A stretch of DNA of 64,000 nucleotides from a virus. Shown in pieces: positions 53,389 to 63,429 of this stretch. Made by a program: the position numbers and the translations under genes. Position 1 is the stretch's first letter. Every line of letters begins with the position of its first letter. The notes below the pieces were generated by a model. It saw only the letters and a list, made by a program, of their open reading frames with translations, made no database searches and was not told the origin of the DNA. The DNA is taken from IMG/VR virus record IMGVR_UViG_3300035102_000507; one strand, written 5' to 3'.

Positions 53389-53970
53389 ATGGGCAAATAC
53401 AGCGGAAGGGGGTGGATGAGCACCGAAGTCACCGGGATGCGCGAGCTTGACCGGGCTCTTTCAGTCCTGCCGGACAACATCGCCCAGAAGGTCCTTAAGC
53501 AGGCCGTCGCCGCGGGTGCTTCGGTCATGAAGCGCGAAGCGAAACGTAGGTGCCCCAAGAGGACCGGTCGGCTTGCGAAGTCTATTGCGATGAAGTTCAA
53601 ACGCATTGGCCGTGGCTCCCGTCGCGGCCGGGTCTTTTACCAGGTCGGCCCAAAGGAAAAATACGGGCACTTGGTCGAGTTCGGGACGGGCCCGCACATC
53701 ATCAAACCAAGCGTAAATCGTCGGATCAAATTGAAGGCGCGAGGGGAAAAGGTCTCCGACTATTGGGGGCTTGGCTACAAGGGGCGTTTCGGAAAAAAGG
53801 TAAAGCACCCCGGCGCGACTGCACAGCCCTTTTTGAGGCCCGCCTTTGACGAGTCGTCTGACCAGATCATAAAGGCCATGCAGCGCAGGATCAGGACCGG
53901 CGTTGAGAAGGAAAGCCGTAAGCTGGCTCGCAAGCGCATTGCAGCGCGCAGGGCGGCCCGGAGGGGATAG
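53389..53970 (+). CDS. HK97 gp10-like tail completion protein
   Basis: G..EL...L, RTG.LAKSI, H.VEFGT, AQPFLRPAF. Confidence 0.85.
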   Translation: MGKYSGRGWMSTEVTGMRELDRALSVLPDNIAQKVLKQAVAAGASVMKREAKRRCPKRTGRLAKSIAMKFKRIGRGSRRGRVFYQVGPKEKYGHLVEFGTGPHIIKPSVNRRIKLKARGEKVSDYWGLGYKGRFGKKVKHPGATAQPFLRPAFDESSDQIIKAMQRRIRTGVEKESRKLARKRIAARRAARRG

Positions 53971-53971
53971 G

Positions 53972-54217
53972 ATGCACGGCGCCACTCTGCTAAAGAACGC
54001 CGCAGAGCCTCACACCAACAGTGACGGACTCAGGGGGCTTGAGAATATCGCATCCTATGCTCAGTACGGGGCGAAGCTCATCCCTGAGCTTGTAGAACAC
54101 CATGGCTTCCCCGCGGAGCAGTTCATGGGCAAGTGGGAATCATCAAAGATGCTGATTGACGAATGGCGGCTAAAAAGACTCCGCTCGAAACTATGTCAAT
54201 CAGTTTCTGACGGGTAA
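53972..54217 (+). CDS. Small winged-HTH protein, paralogue of 40753..40947
   Basis: GLENIA...GFP...GKW...IDEW aligns by eye with GLANIA...GAP...GIW...WDW. Confidence 0.65.
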   Translation: MHGATLLKNAAEPHTNSDGLRGLENIASYAQYGAKLIPELVEHHGFPAEQFMGKWESSKMLIDEWRLKRLRSKLCQSVSDG

Positions 54218-54285
54218 AACTCCGCAAAACTCCGCAAAACTCCGCATACGCCGGATCGCCCAAAAAGCCGGGTTATAATCTCGGC
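54216..54285 (+). promoter_or_regulatory. Tail-operon promoter: (AAAACTCCGC)x3 then AAAAAGCCGGGT-TATAAT, leaderless
   Basis: Repeats at 54216-54245; TATAAT at 54274; ATG 6 nt later with no SD. Confidence 0.7.
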
Positions 54286-54648
54286 ATGATCCTCGAAGAA
54301 TCCATACACGCTATCCTGACCAACTCCGCGTCTGTCGCCGACATTGTTGGCAACGGAGTCTACCCCATGGTCATCCCGCAGCGCGGGAAGCTCCCGGCGG
54401 TGACGTATATGCGGGTATCCTCTCAGTACGACACCTCAGTGGACGGCACGGGATCGCGCCTTACGGCTCGGGTCCAAATCGACTGTTGGTGCCGATCATA
54501 CTCGGAGGCCAAGCGCCTGAGCGAAGCGGTGCGAAACGCCATGGTTGCAGCGGGACACTTGGTCCAGTCTGAGCGCGATGGGTTCGAGGATGATCTCTAC
54601 ATTTATAGCGTTGGCATGGACTTCTCATGCCGACACAAGGAGGCATGA
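54286..54648 (+). CDS. Tail terminator (DUF3168-like)
   Basis: VYP..IPQ...LP.VTY and R.QID.W..SY.EA motifs. Confidence 0.85.
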   Translation: MILEESIHAILTNSASVADIVGNGVYPMVIPQRGKLPAVTYMRVSSQYDTSVDGTGSRLTARVQIDCWCRSYSEAKRLSEAVRNAMVAAGHLVQSERDGFEDDLYIYSVGMDFSCRHKEA

Positions 54649-54649
54649 C

Positions 54650-55093
54650 ATGAGTGGTTCCATTTCTTCCCAGGGCGTTGCGATTCTGCGCGGCGACGGG
54701 TCCGGAAGCCCGGAGAACTTCGAAAAGATTGCGGAGGTTATGAGCTTCAACGGCCCCGGTACCTCCGCCCCTGAAATCGATGTTACCAGCCTCGATAGCA
54801 CTGCAAAGGAGTACCGGCTGGGCCTCAAGGACCACGGCACCTTTTCTTTCGAGAGCATGTTTATCCCCAAAGACTCCGGACAGAAGGGGCTGCAGGCTGA
54901 TCTGGACAACCGGACCCTGCGAAACTTCCGCCTTGAGTTTCCCAAGCAGGATGAAGCCAGCACCAGCGGCACCGTGTTCGAATTCGCCGCATATGTGACG
55001 GAATTTTCTATGACCGGCGGGGTGGACGAAGTGGTCAAGGCGTCCATTTCTCTGCGCATTTCCGGCGACATCACCAAGACCCACGAGGCGTAA
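54650..55093 (+). CDS. Major tail (tube) protein
   Basis: IDVTSLDS..KEY..GL.D.G motif. Confidence 0.85.
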   Translation: MSGSISSQGVAILRGDGSGSPENFEKIAEVMSFNGPGTSAPEIDVTSLDSTAKEYRLGLKDHGTFSFESMFIPKDSGQKGLQADLDNRTLRNFRLEFPKQDEASTSGTVFEFAAYVTEFSMTGGVDEVVKASISLRISGDITKTHEA

Positions 55094-55096
55094 AGA

Positions 55097-55459
55097 ATGA
55101 ACATTCTCGACAAGGACCAGATTCTAGCGGCGGAGGACCTCAAGACCGAGGTCGTTCCCATCCCCGAATGGGGCGGCGACGTCATCGTTTCCGAGATGAG
55201 CGCAGCCGACTCCGAGCGTTGGCTGATGGAGGCCTTCGACGACGAAGGCAAGCCCACTCGGCGCAAGGCCCCCACCGTCCAGCTCGCCGCAAGGTGTATT
55301 GTGGACGAGTCCGGGCAACGTGTTTTTTCCGAAGAAGACATCGAAGCCCTGGCAAAGAAGTCCCCGAAGGCCATCGGGAAGGTCTTCTCCGCCGCGGTCC
55401 GCTTGAACGGCTTGGGCGCTATGACCGATGAAGAATCGGACGAGCACGAAAAAAACTGA
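55097..55459 (+). CDS. Tail assembly chaperone gpG-like
   Basis: L.K.QIL.A.D, V.IPEWGG; ends in the A AAA AAC slippery site. Confidence 0.85.
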   Translation: MNILDKDQILAAEDLKTEVVPIPEWGGDVIVSEMSAADSERWLMEAFDDEGKPTRRKAPTVQLAARCIVDESGQRVFSEEDIEALAKKSPKAIGKVFSAAVRLNGLGAMTDEESDEHEKN

Positions 55460-55689
55460 CCGCGCGGGCGGGGCGTAGGTATTTTGCCTACGCTTTGGCC
55501 CGCGAGCTCGGTTACGCAAACGTGGATCGCATGCTCGAAGGCATGACGGCCCGCCAGTTTGAAGAGTGGAAGGCGTTCTTCAAAATCGAAAACGAACGAT
55601 ATGAGAACAAGAGCAAGCAAGAGGCTCCGCAGCCGCATGAGGTCGCGCGATCTCTGGAGTCCTCGCTCGACACTCTGATGGAGAAATAG
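55450..55689 (+). CDS. gpT-like -1 frameshift extension
   Basis: The -1 frame is open from the heptamer through LARELG...GMTARQF.EW.AFF. Confidence 0.8.
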   Translation, partial: KKLTARAGRRYFAYALARELGYANVDRMLEGMTARQFEEWKAFFKIENERYENKSKQEAPQPHEVARSLESSLDTLMEK

Positions 55690-57834
55690 ATGTCTGCAAA
55701 TGTCGGAACTCTGTTGGTTGAAATCGGCGCGGACGTTGCTCGCCTCCGTCAGGACATGGGCAAGGTTCAGCGAACGATGAACCACAACGCTCGGAAAATG
55801 CAGCGCTCCATGGATGCGGTCGGCGTTTCCATTGCTTCTGCGCTGTCGGTCGGGGCTGCGGTTGAGTTCGGGCGAGCTGTCTTTGATGCCGGGACCAGGG
55901 CGGAGAAGCTCCAGAAAGCATTCAAGGCGATTGAAGGGGCGCAGGCCCCGGAAACCTTGGCCTTCCTCCGGAAAGAAGCCGAGCGCCTTGGTCTTGAATT
56001 TTACACAGCGTCCGAAGCCTTCAAGAGTCTTTCCGCATCCGCAAAAGGTACCGCCCTGCAGGGACAGGCCTCTCGTGATATTTTCGTCGCTGTGTCCGAG
56101 GCGGCCACCGTCCTCGGACTCAACGCCGATGAAACGAGTGGGGCTTTGCAGGCTCTGTCGCAGATGATCTCCAAGGGCAAGGTGCAGGCCGAGGAACTTC
56201 GAGGGCAGCTCGGTGAGCGGCTTCCGGGGGCTTTCCAGATGGCCGCCCGTGCTATGGGGGTCACTACCGCCGAACTCGACAAGATGCTTGAGAAGGGAGA
56301 GGTCACTGCTGAGGATCTTCTCCCGCGACTGGCTAAAGCCCTACACGAAGAGTACGGCGCGGCCGCGCAAGAGGCAGCCAAGACCGGTACGGCTGCGTTT
56401 AATCGAATGACCACCGCCTGGACCGACTTTAAGGCGTCTTTCTACGACTCGGAGTCTGTGCAGACCGGCATTGACAGTGTGACGGAGGCGCTGAAGGGGC
56501 TGACGGACGTTATCGAGGGAGACGCGTGGACCGTCGCCACGGGTGCAGGAGCCGCAGGAGTAGGCCTCATAGGTCGCGTTCTCTTCGGGAGCTGGGGCCC
56601 AGGAAAGATCGTTACGGTCATCTACGCCGTAAACGAAGGGCTTAAGACAATGGACGGCCTGTTGGGAAAGGACAGCTCCTCGCTGGGCGGTATCTGGAAA
56701 AATGCGGGGGAAGCTAGCCAGCACCTGCAGAAGTTTTTCGAGGCCTTGCCGGGTATGCTCGATGGCTCCAGAGATTTTTGGTCGGGCGAGTTGACCGAGG
56801 GGCTCGCGAAGGAAGCAAAGCGCCTGCAGGCCTTGAGCAACTCTTTTGCGAACTCACAAGGGTCACCCAAGACCAAACTCGATATCGGCGGCGGCTCCGG
56901 CGGTGGAGATTCTGACGACACCGACACCGGCGGCGGTCCCCGTTACCTCCCGAGCGGCTACGTGGGCGGCGACATGAGCGTTGTCCGTGACCGCGAACAG
57001 GTCTGGCGGAAGGCTGCAGAGAGCCAGAAAGAAGCACTCGCAGAGGTCTCGAAGGAGTACAAGCGCCTCACTATGGGCGACACTCAGTTTGCGATCGCGG
57101 AAACCCGCGCCCGCTACGAGCAACTCCGCACTATGGCAGCTGGCAACGCTGAGTTGGTCCAGCAGATCAACGAGGTCGAAGCCGCAAAGATCGCCGAAAT
57201 CCACGAAGACGCCGCCAACAAAGCGCGGACGGCTTGGGAAGAATACGCTCTCGCAGCGCAAGACCGGGTGGCCAACACCGAGGCAATGATCGCTAGCTTC
57301 GGCGGGACCATTGAAGACTCCCTGACCACGGCTTTTACCGAAGGCAAGTTTGCGGCCGAGGACTTTTTTAAGACGATCTATGCCGAGGTTATCCGCATGC
57401 AGGTGGCTCGCCCTCTGGCGGGAGCGGTCACAGGCGGGCTCGGGGGCGCAATTGAGGCGATATTCCACCATGACGGAGGCGTCGTGGGGAGTGGCGGCCG
57501 TCCGGGCTCGGTCCCTGCCGCCGCCTTCATCGGCGCCCCTCGCTACCATTCCGGCGGCGTGGCTGGGCTTAAGCCCGACGAGGTCCCGGCCATCCTGCAG
57601 CGTGGCGAAATCGTGCTCTCACGCGAGCAGGTCGCCGGAGCAGCCGCCGCAACAAGCGGCAGTGCGCCACGGATCACATTCAACCTCATCAATGAAAGCG
57701 GCGAGCCTATGTCGGCCGACCCGCCGGACATGCGTTTTGACGGCGAGCAGTGGGTCGCGACCATGGTCATGCGCGGCACGCGCAACAATACTGCTGGTCT
57801 GCGCGACTTTTTCCGAGCTGGAGGTGCCAACTAA
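55690..57834 (+). CDS. Tape measure protein
   Basis: SKGKVQAEELRGQLGERLPGA and HSGG..GL.PDEVPAILQRGE motifs. Confidence 0.93.
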   Translation: MSANVGTLLVEIGADVARLRQDMGKVQRTMNHNARKMQRSMDAVGVSIASALSVGAAVEFGRAVFDAGTRAEKLQKAFKAIEGAQAPETLAFLRKEAERLGLEFYTASEAFKSLSASAKGTALQGQASRDIFVAVSEAATVLGLNADETSGALQALSQMISKGKVQAEELRGQLGERLPGAFQMAARAMGVTTAELDKMLEKGEVTAEDLLPRLAKALHEEYGAAAQEAAKTGTAAFNRMTTAWTDFKASFYDSESVQTGIDSVTEALKGLTDVIEGDAWTVATGAGAAGVGLIGRVLFGSWGPGKIVTVIYAVNEGLKTMDGLLGKDSSSLGGIWKNAGEASQHLQKFFEALPGMLDGSRDFWSGELTEGLAKEAKRLQALSNSFANSQGSPKTKLDIGGGSGGGDSDDTDTGGGPRYLPSGYVGGDMSVVRDREQVWRKAAESQKEALAEVSKEYKRLTMGDTQFAIAETRARYEQLRTMAAGNAELVQQINEVEAAKIAEIHEDAANKARTAWEEYALAAQDRVANTEAMIASFGGTIEDSLTTAFTEGKFAAEDFFKTIYAEVIRMQVARPLAGAVTGGLGGAIEAIFHHDGGVVGSGGRPGSVPAAAFIGAPRYHSGGVAGLKPDEVPAILQRGEIVLSREQVAGAAAATSGSAPRITFNLINESGEPMSADPPDMRFDGEQWVATMVMRGTRNNTAGLRDFFRAGGAN

Positions 57835-58178
57835 TGGACAGCTTCCCGACAATCGCGGCCCCGGCCCGCATCAATTACGGTTTGTCTGACCCGTACCTTG
57901 AGGACGAATTCGAAAGCGGCGATGCTGCGGCGCGTCCGGAGTTCACGGTTCCGCGCGAAAAGCCCATGTCGCTGAGTTGGAACGCGATGAAGCCCGCTGA
58001 CCTGGCGACGCTGAGGACGTTCTACGACGGGCACCGAGGCGTGCGGTTCAGCTGGACGGACCCGGTCAGCGACGAAGCGAAGACTTGCCGGTTTGTAGGC
58101 GACTGCTTGAGCTGGAAGGTCTCGACCGCGCTGGCCGGCCACTACCAGGTGACCCTGACTATGCGGAGGGTGTCTTAG
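57834..58178 (+). CDS. Distal/minor tail protein (gpM-like)
   Basis: Follows the tape measure; L.W..M, FY....G...FSWTDP. Confidence 0.75.
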   Translation: MDSFPTIAAPARINYGLSDPYLEDEFESGDAAARPEFTVPREKPMSLSWNAMKPADLATLRTFYDGHRGVRFSWTDPVSDEAKTCRFVGDCLSWKVSTALAGHYQVTLTMRRVS

Positions 58179-58814
58179 ATGCCGAGCATCGAGAGTATCC
58201 GGGAGAGCCAACGGCAATACTCTGACCAGCCATATCTCTGGCTGCTGGAGATCAATCTGCCCAGCGGGGAGACGATTCGCATCTGCCGCAACCCGGAACA
58301 GACCGGGGAAATCGAGTGGCCCATGGGCTCAGGTCAAGTCTGGCAGGAGTTCGCGTTCGAGTTCGACGACATCGACGAGACAAGCAAGGCCGAGACGCGC
58401 CAGCTCACGCTCAAAGTCGCCAACGCGAGCGGCGTGATCATGCAGTACGTGGAAGATCTGGAGGACTGGCGCAAGGTCCACGGACGCGAGCCCTGCACGA
58501 TCCGGCTGATTGCGGTCAACGCGGGCTTGCTGGATCAAGCCGAGCCAGAGGCGGAGTTCTGGTTCGAGGACAAGGGGGTCAGCTCCCCGCCGCCCATGAA
58601 ATGGGTGATTTTCCGCGTCGGGACCATGGACGTGTTTTCGCGCTCCATCCCGCGCCGCCGCATCCTGCGCGACTACTGCTCGTGGGAGACAACGGACCAG
58701 TGCCAGCACGTAGCAACATGCGACCGGACGCTGCGCACGTGCCGGGATGTCTACAACTTTTCTGTGAACTTCGGCGGCTTCCCCGTCGTAGAACGAGGAG
58801 CGATCTATGGTTGA
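58179..58814 (+). CDS. Minor tail protein (gpL/DUF1833-like)
   Basis: C-terminal Cys cluster C.W..C...CD..L..C....NFGGFP. Confidence 0.75.
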   Translation: MPSIESIRESQRQYSDQPYLWLLEINLPSGETIRICRNPEQTGEIEWPMGSGQVWQEFAFEFDDIDETSKAETRQLTLKVANASGVIMQYVEDLEDWRKVHGREPCTIRLIAVNAGLLDQAEPEAEFWFEDKGVSSPPPMKWVIFRVGTMDVFSRSIPRRRILRDYCSWETTDQCQHVATCDRTLRTCRDVYNFSVNFGGFPVVERGAIYG

Positions 58815-59226
58815 TCTGTCCGACCTGTACCTTGCCAAGTTTGTTGACGGCGGACGCGGTGAACTCGGCCCCGACCGTTGTCCGCAGTTGGATTGCTGGG
58901 GGCTGGTCATGGCCGTGTTTGAGCGGTTTGGCGTAGTGGTCCCGGATTTCGACATCGCCGCCAACGACACCGAGGGCAAGGACGGAGCGTATCGCGATGA
59001 GGCCCGTTCGGGCCGCTGGGTGCGGCTGGCCGAGGCCGAAACCCCGTGTCTGGTCGCCATGCGGACCAGTCCGCGCGCGCCCAAGGCGACCAACCATTTC
59101 GGCGTGCACGTGGGCGGCGGCCGCGTGCTGCACATTTTCGACGCCACCGGCGTGCACGTGTCCACGTTGGGCGATGGCCCCAAGCGTGCGCCCGGCGTGT
59201 GCGGCCTCTGGAGGTTTGTGGGATGA
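58807..59226 (+). CDS. NlpC/P60 tail tip protein (gpK-like)
   Basis: LDCWGLV and H.GV motifs. Confidence 0.85.
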   Translation: MVDLSDLYLAKFVDGGRGELGPDRCPQLDCWGLVMAVFERFGVVVPDFDIAANDTEGKDGAYRDEARSGRWVRLAEAETPCLVAMRTSPRAPKATNHFGVHVGGGRVLHIFDATGVHVSTLGDGPKRAPGVCGLWRFVG

Positions 59227-61979
59227 GCAACGGCGTTCCGATTTCTGAGTCTGTGCGCGTTACGGCGCTGCACTCTCCGATTGATCCGTCCGACCGTTGG
59301 GCCGGGGAGATACCGCACCGGCCCGGCCTGCGCGTCAACGATCTGCGGCCCGACACCCTGCCGGACGTGCGGGGTTTAGACGTGGCCACGTCCGTCAACG
59401 GGCGGGTGCTGACCGCGTTCGAGGCTGAGTGCTACGCGGTGCAGCCGGGCGACTCCGTGCTGTTTAAAGTAGTGCCGCACGGCGACGATGGCGGCGGGAA
59501 AGTGCTGGGCGCGGTGGCATCCATCGCGCTCATGGTTGCAGCGCCGCATGTTGCCGGGCCGCTGACCGGAAGCATCTCCGGACTGGTGGGCGGTCTGTCC
59601 GAAACTGCTGGCGCGTTTGTTTTCCAAGGGCTCTCGGCGGCCATCGGGCTCGGCGGGGCCATGGTGATCAACTCTGTGCTGCCGCCTGCACGGCCCGACA
59701 TGGGCAATGTGCCGAGCTTGGGCAGCTCCGGGTTCGACGAGTCGCCGACATACTCGTGGAGCATCGAAGAAAATCCGACCCGGAACGGGCATCCGGTCGC
59801 CATCCCGTACGGCCACTGCCGCAACGTCACGCCGTTTTTGCTGACGCGCTACGTGTCTACCGACGGGGATAAGCAATATCTCAATTGTCTGTATCTGCTC
59901 GGAGAGGGGCCGATTGACGATGTGGATGGCGTGTCCAATATCAAGATCAACGGCAACCCCATCGAAAACTATGAGGGCGTGCAAACGGAAATCCGACGCG
60001 GCACCGGCGATCAGGCGGTCATCCCGTGGTTCAACGACGCCATTAACGAACGGTCGGTCTCCGTCAAACTGAGCGCGGGGGACTGGGCCACGTTTACCAC
60101 GGACGGTACGGCGCTGCAGTCGCTGGGTGTGGGTCTCTCGGCCCCGGGCGGGCTGTGGTACGCCAATGATGCGGGCGGGCTGAACGAGATTGCCGTGCAG
60201 GTAGAACTGCAATACCGCGCCGTCGGTGCGCTGGACTGGACGTGGTGGGACACGGTGACGCTGTCCGATGCGTCACGTTCGCCAAAGCGCCAGTACCAGC
60301 GAATCGACGGGCTGAGCGCGGATCGCTACGAGGTCCGGGCGCGGTTCGCCTCGCAGCCCGACACCGGCCCGCGATACTCCACGGATGTCTGGTTTGAGTA
60401 TCTGCACGAGATCGTGCCGGACGATTTTGCTTTTCCCCACTCCGCGCTGCTAGGCGTGCGCGCTCTGGCGACGGACCAGCTGTCCGGCAGCCGCCCGCGC
60501 CTGACCTGCGACGTCAAGCGCTCCACGGTTGATGTCTGGGACCCGGCAGCCGAGGCGTGGACCACGCAGGCCGCGAGCAACATGGGCTGGATGGCCTACG
60601 ATCTGGCCCGGCACCCCAGATACGGGGGCGGTGTCAAACTGAGTTGCATCATCCACCGAGATTTTGCCAACGCTGCCGAGTGGTGCGACGTCAAGGGGCT
60701 GGCCGGCTCTCTCTACATCGATTCCAAGATGGACCTACAAACCGCGTGGGACCACTGCGGCCTGTTCGGTCGCTTCCGGGTTGTGCAGCGCGGTACGCAG
60801 GTGGGGACCATCGTCGACCGCCCTGCGGACATGCCGGAGCAGGGCTTTGTGGCCACGGCAGCAAACATCATCAAGGGGTCGTTCGGCGTCGACTATCTCG
60901 AAAGCTCCGACCGTGCTGACGCGGTGCAGGTGACGTGGATGCACCCGGAGAAGGGGCGCGACACGGTGCTCGTCATGGGCGAACACTACCGCACCATCAC
61001 AGACCGGCAGCCCAACGTCGCCCAGATCACGCTGTTTCCCTGCAACGACCTGGAGAGTGCGATCGCTGCCGGGCGTTATTATCTCAACTGCAACAAGTAT
61101 CTGACGCGCACAGTGAGCCTGGCGCTGTCGATCGACGCGATCAGCTGCCAAGTCGGGGACGTGATTCAGATCGCCAACGACCGCATCGGTTGGGGACAGT
61201 CCGGGCGGGTGGTGTCGGCCACCACGGGCACAGTCACGCTTAACCGGCCTGTGACGCTGCTGCCGGGGACGGATTACTGGATTACTCTCACGCACCGGGA
61301 CAAGCGCGACGATGTCACCGGAGCGGCCAAGAAGGAGACCGTCCTGCTGGCCCCGGTGGGCGCGGAGACCAAGAGCGACACCGTTGCGCTGTCCACGCCG
61401 TGGGCGCATATTCCTATTGAAGGCTGCGTCTGCGCTATCTGCGATGCCGATCCGGCCGGGCGCGAGATACGCTGGTATCGCGTGACCGACATCAGCCGCA
61501 ACACCAAACATCGGCGCACGGTCAAGGCGCTGGAGTATCACCCCGAGGTTTATGAAGACGCGGGTAATCTGCCCGTGATCGACGACGTTGGGCAGCTGGG
61601 CGCGGTGTCCGGGCTGCAGGCGGGTACGTTTGATCGCACTGAGGACGGCGTGGCCAAACGGCTTGTCTCGCTGTTTTGGCGCGGCAACGCCATCGCCTGG
61701 ACGGTTTTCGTGCGGCGCGTCGGAGACCCCGCGTGGCGAGTTGCGGGTGAAACGCGGGAGCCGCAGTACGACGTGCGCAATCTAGAAGTTGGGCACTATT
61801 ATCAAATGGCGGTGTCCGCCAGCCGAAACCCGGCCGACGGCCAGGTGGTGACAGTGGACTACACGCACGGCACGCCCACCGGGCTAGTTGAGACAATCGA
61901 AGAATACAGCACGGACGCGCTCGAAATCGTCACCGGCCTGAGCGGTGGCGCCGAGACTGTCGTGCAGGAGGTTGCGTAG
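59223..61979 (+). CDS. Host specificity / central tail fibre protein (gpI+gpJ-like)
   Basis: N-terminal ubiquitin-like/TM region, IPYG, L..GEGPI; C-terminal Fn3-like region. Confidence 0.9.
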   Translation: MSNGVPISESVRVTALHSPIDPSDRWAGEIPHRPGLRVNDLRPDTLPDVRGLDVATSVNGRVLTAFEAECYAVQPGDSVLFKVVPHGDDGGGKVLGAVASIALMVAAPHVAGPLTGSISGLVGGLSETAGAFVFQGLSAAIGLGGAMVINSVLPPARPDMGNVPSLGSSGFDESPTYSWSIEENPTRNGHPVAIPYGHCRNVTPFLLTRYVSTDGDKQYLNCLYLLGEGPIDDVDGVSNIKINGNPIENYEGVQTEIRRGTGDQAVIPWFNDAINERSVSVKLSAGDWATFTTDGTALQSLGVGLSAPGGLWYANDAGGLNEIAVQVELQYRAVGALDWTWWDTVTLSDASRSPKRQYQRIDGLSADRYEVRARFASQPDTGPRYSTDVWFEYLHEIVPDDFAFPHSALLGVRALATDQLSGSRPRLTCDVKRSTVDVWDPAAEAWTTQAASNMGWMAYDLARHPRYGGGVKLSCIIHRDFANAAEWCDVKGLAGSLYIDSKMDLQTAWDHCGLFGRFRVVQRGTQVGTIVDRPADMPEQGFVATAANIIKGSFGVDYLESSDRADAVQVTWMHPEKGRDTVLVMGEHYRTITDRQPNVAQITLFPCNDLESAIAAGRYYLNCNKYLTRTVSLALSIDAISCQVGDVIQIANDRIGWGQSGRVVSATTGTVTLNRPVTLLPGTDYWITLTHRDKRDDVTGAAKKETVLLAPVGAETKSDTVALSTPWAHIPIEGCVCAICDADPAGREIRWYRVTDISRNTKHRRTVKALEYHPEVYEDAGNLPVIDDVGQLGAVSGLQAGTFDRTEDGVAKRLVSLFWRGNAIAWTVFVRRVGDPAWRVAGETREPQYDVRNLEVGHYYQMAVSASRNPADGQVVTVDYTHGTPTGLVETIEEYSTDALEIVTGLSGGAETVVQEVA

Positions 61980-61981
61980 AG

Positions 61982-62695
61982 ATGCTGCATAGAGGCATGA
62001 CCGGCGATCAGGTGCACACCCCGTTTCGGTGGATTGTAGCTGACGAGGCCGAGCGGCTGGGGCTGGCGAATCTTGTTGAATCCGATCTGTACAAGCTGTG
62101 TCTCCAGCTATCGGACGGCACGGCGTGGACGCTGATGGCCGTGACGCCGTCCGTGCAGTGGGTGGCCGCAGGGTCGTCCATCGAAAAGGCCACGCTGGCA
62201 GATATCCAGGCCGGGACGAACGATACGAAGTATATCACTCCGAAGGGGCTTGCCGATACCGGCGTCGGTCCCGCTGGAGAGATCAAGATATTTGCCATGG
62301 ACACCCCGCCGGACGGGTATCTCAAATGCAACGGGGCGTTGGTGAGCCGCACGACCTACGCGAACCTTTTTGCGGCGATTGGCGAGATTTACGGCGCGGG
62401 TGACGGCTCCAGCACGTTTGCACTGCCGGATTGGCGCGGTGAGGGGATACGAGGCTGGGACGATGGCCGAGGCGTAGACCCCGGGCGCGCTATCGGGTCG
62501 TGGCAGGCTGATCAGTTTAAAAGCCACGATCACCTGATGACAAATAATTGGTATAGCGGCAGCTCTCCCAACGACAGGGACAGCTGGTCTAGGACAGAGC
62601 GAACTGGCAATCAGGCCAACAAGTTCACCGGCAGCGCCGGCGGGACTGAAACCCGTATGCGCAACATCGCCGCTTTGATCTGCATCAAGTATTAG
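61982..62695 (+). CDS. Tail fibre with phage tail collar domain
   Basis: GEI..FA....P.GYL.CNG..VSRTTYA.LFAAIG; ETR.RNIA...CIKY. Confidence 0.9.
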   Translation: MLHRGMTGDQVHTPFRWIVADEAERLGLANLVESDLYKLCLQLSDGTAWTLMAVTPSVQWVAAGSSIEKATLADIQAGTNDTKYITPKGLADTGVGPAGEIKIFAMDTPPDGYLKCNGALVSRTTYANLFAAIGEIYGAGDGSSTFALPDWRGEGIRGWDDGRGVDPGRAIGSWQADQFKSHDHLMTNNWYSGSSPNDRDSWSRTERTGNQANKFTGSAGGTETRMRNIAALICIKY

Positions 62696-62704
62696 GAGGG
62701 CAGT

Positions 62705-63133
62705 ATGACCATTTATCATTATCACCCTGTAACCGGAGAATATATGGGGTCGGACCCGGCTGACGAATCCCCGCTCGAACCCGGCGTGTTTCTGATTCCG
62801 GCGCACGCGACTGACGTAAAACCACCGGAAGCTTCAGACGGACAGGTTGTCAGGTGGAACGGTGCTGGATGGGAGTCTGTCCCGCCGGAGCAGCTGCCGG
62901 AGGCCGACGATGCGCCCACGCCTGCGCACGACCCCGCAGAGCAAGTGCGCGCCGAACGAGATCGGCGCATTGAAGCTGTCATGTGGCGCGTGCAGCGCTT
63001 TGAATCGGAGACACGGCTGGGACTGACGCCCACCGACGATATCGCGGCGCTCGACGCCTACGTGCAGGCGCTGCGGGACGTGCCCCAGCAGGCAGGCTTC
63101 CCGGAAAGCGTGGAGTGGCCGGAGGGACTGTAG
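62705..63133 (+). CDS. Tail fibre assembly chaperone
   Basis: Y.Y...TGEY.G, PA.AT...PP, Y.QALRDVPQQ.GFP..V.WP. Confidence 0.85.
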   Translation: MTIYHYHPVTGEYMGSDPADESPLEPGVFLIPAHATDVKPPEASDGQVVRWNGAGWESVPPEQLPEADDAPTPAHDPAEQVRAERDRRIEAVMWRVQRFESETRLGLTPTDDIAALDAYVQALRDVPQQAGFPESVEWPEGL

Positions 63134-63190
63134 AAGAAAGCCACGATACTTTCACTGCCGTGGCTTTTAGATGTTAACATCGGCAGATTG

Positions 63191-63225
63191 AAAAGCCCCG
63201 GACGCTTCGTGCGTCCGGGGCTTTT
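63191..63225. terminator. Bidirectional intrinsic terminator at the end of the tail operon
   Basis: AAAAGCCCCGGACGC-TTCGT-GCGTCCGGGGCTTTT. Confidence 0.85.
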
Positions 63226-63257
63226 GTTTGTTCTTTTCAGGTTTTTGCAGAAATAGG

Positions 63258-63295
63258 TTGACAGGTAGTAGCACTGGTGCTATTACTATAGTCAA
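63258..63295 (+). promoter_or_regulatory. Promoter with an inverted-repeat operator
   Basis: TTGACA at 63258; GTAGTAGCAC/GTGCTATTAC inverted repeat over the spacer and -10. Confidence 0.6.
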
Positions 63296-63429
63296 CAAAG
63301 GGGGAAACAAAATGACCAACATCGCCAACGAATGCGAAATCAGCACCGAGACCGTCTTTTCCGGAACCAACGGCAGGGTTCCCGAAAGCATCCTCGTTTT
63401 GAATCTGATCTAAAGAAAGGAGAGCAGGA

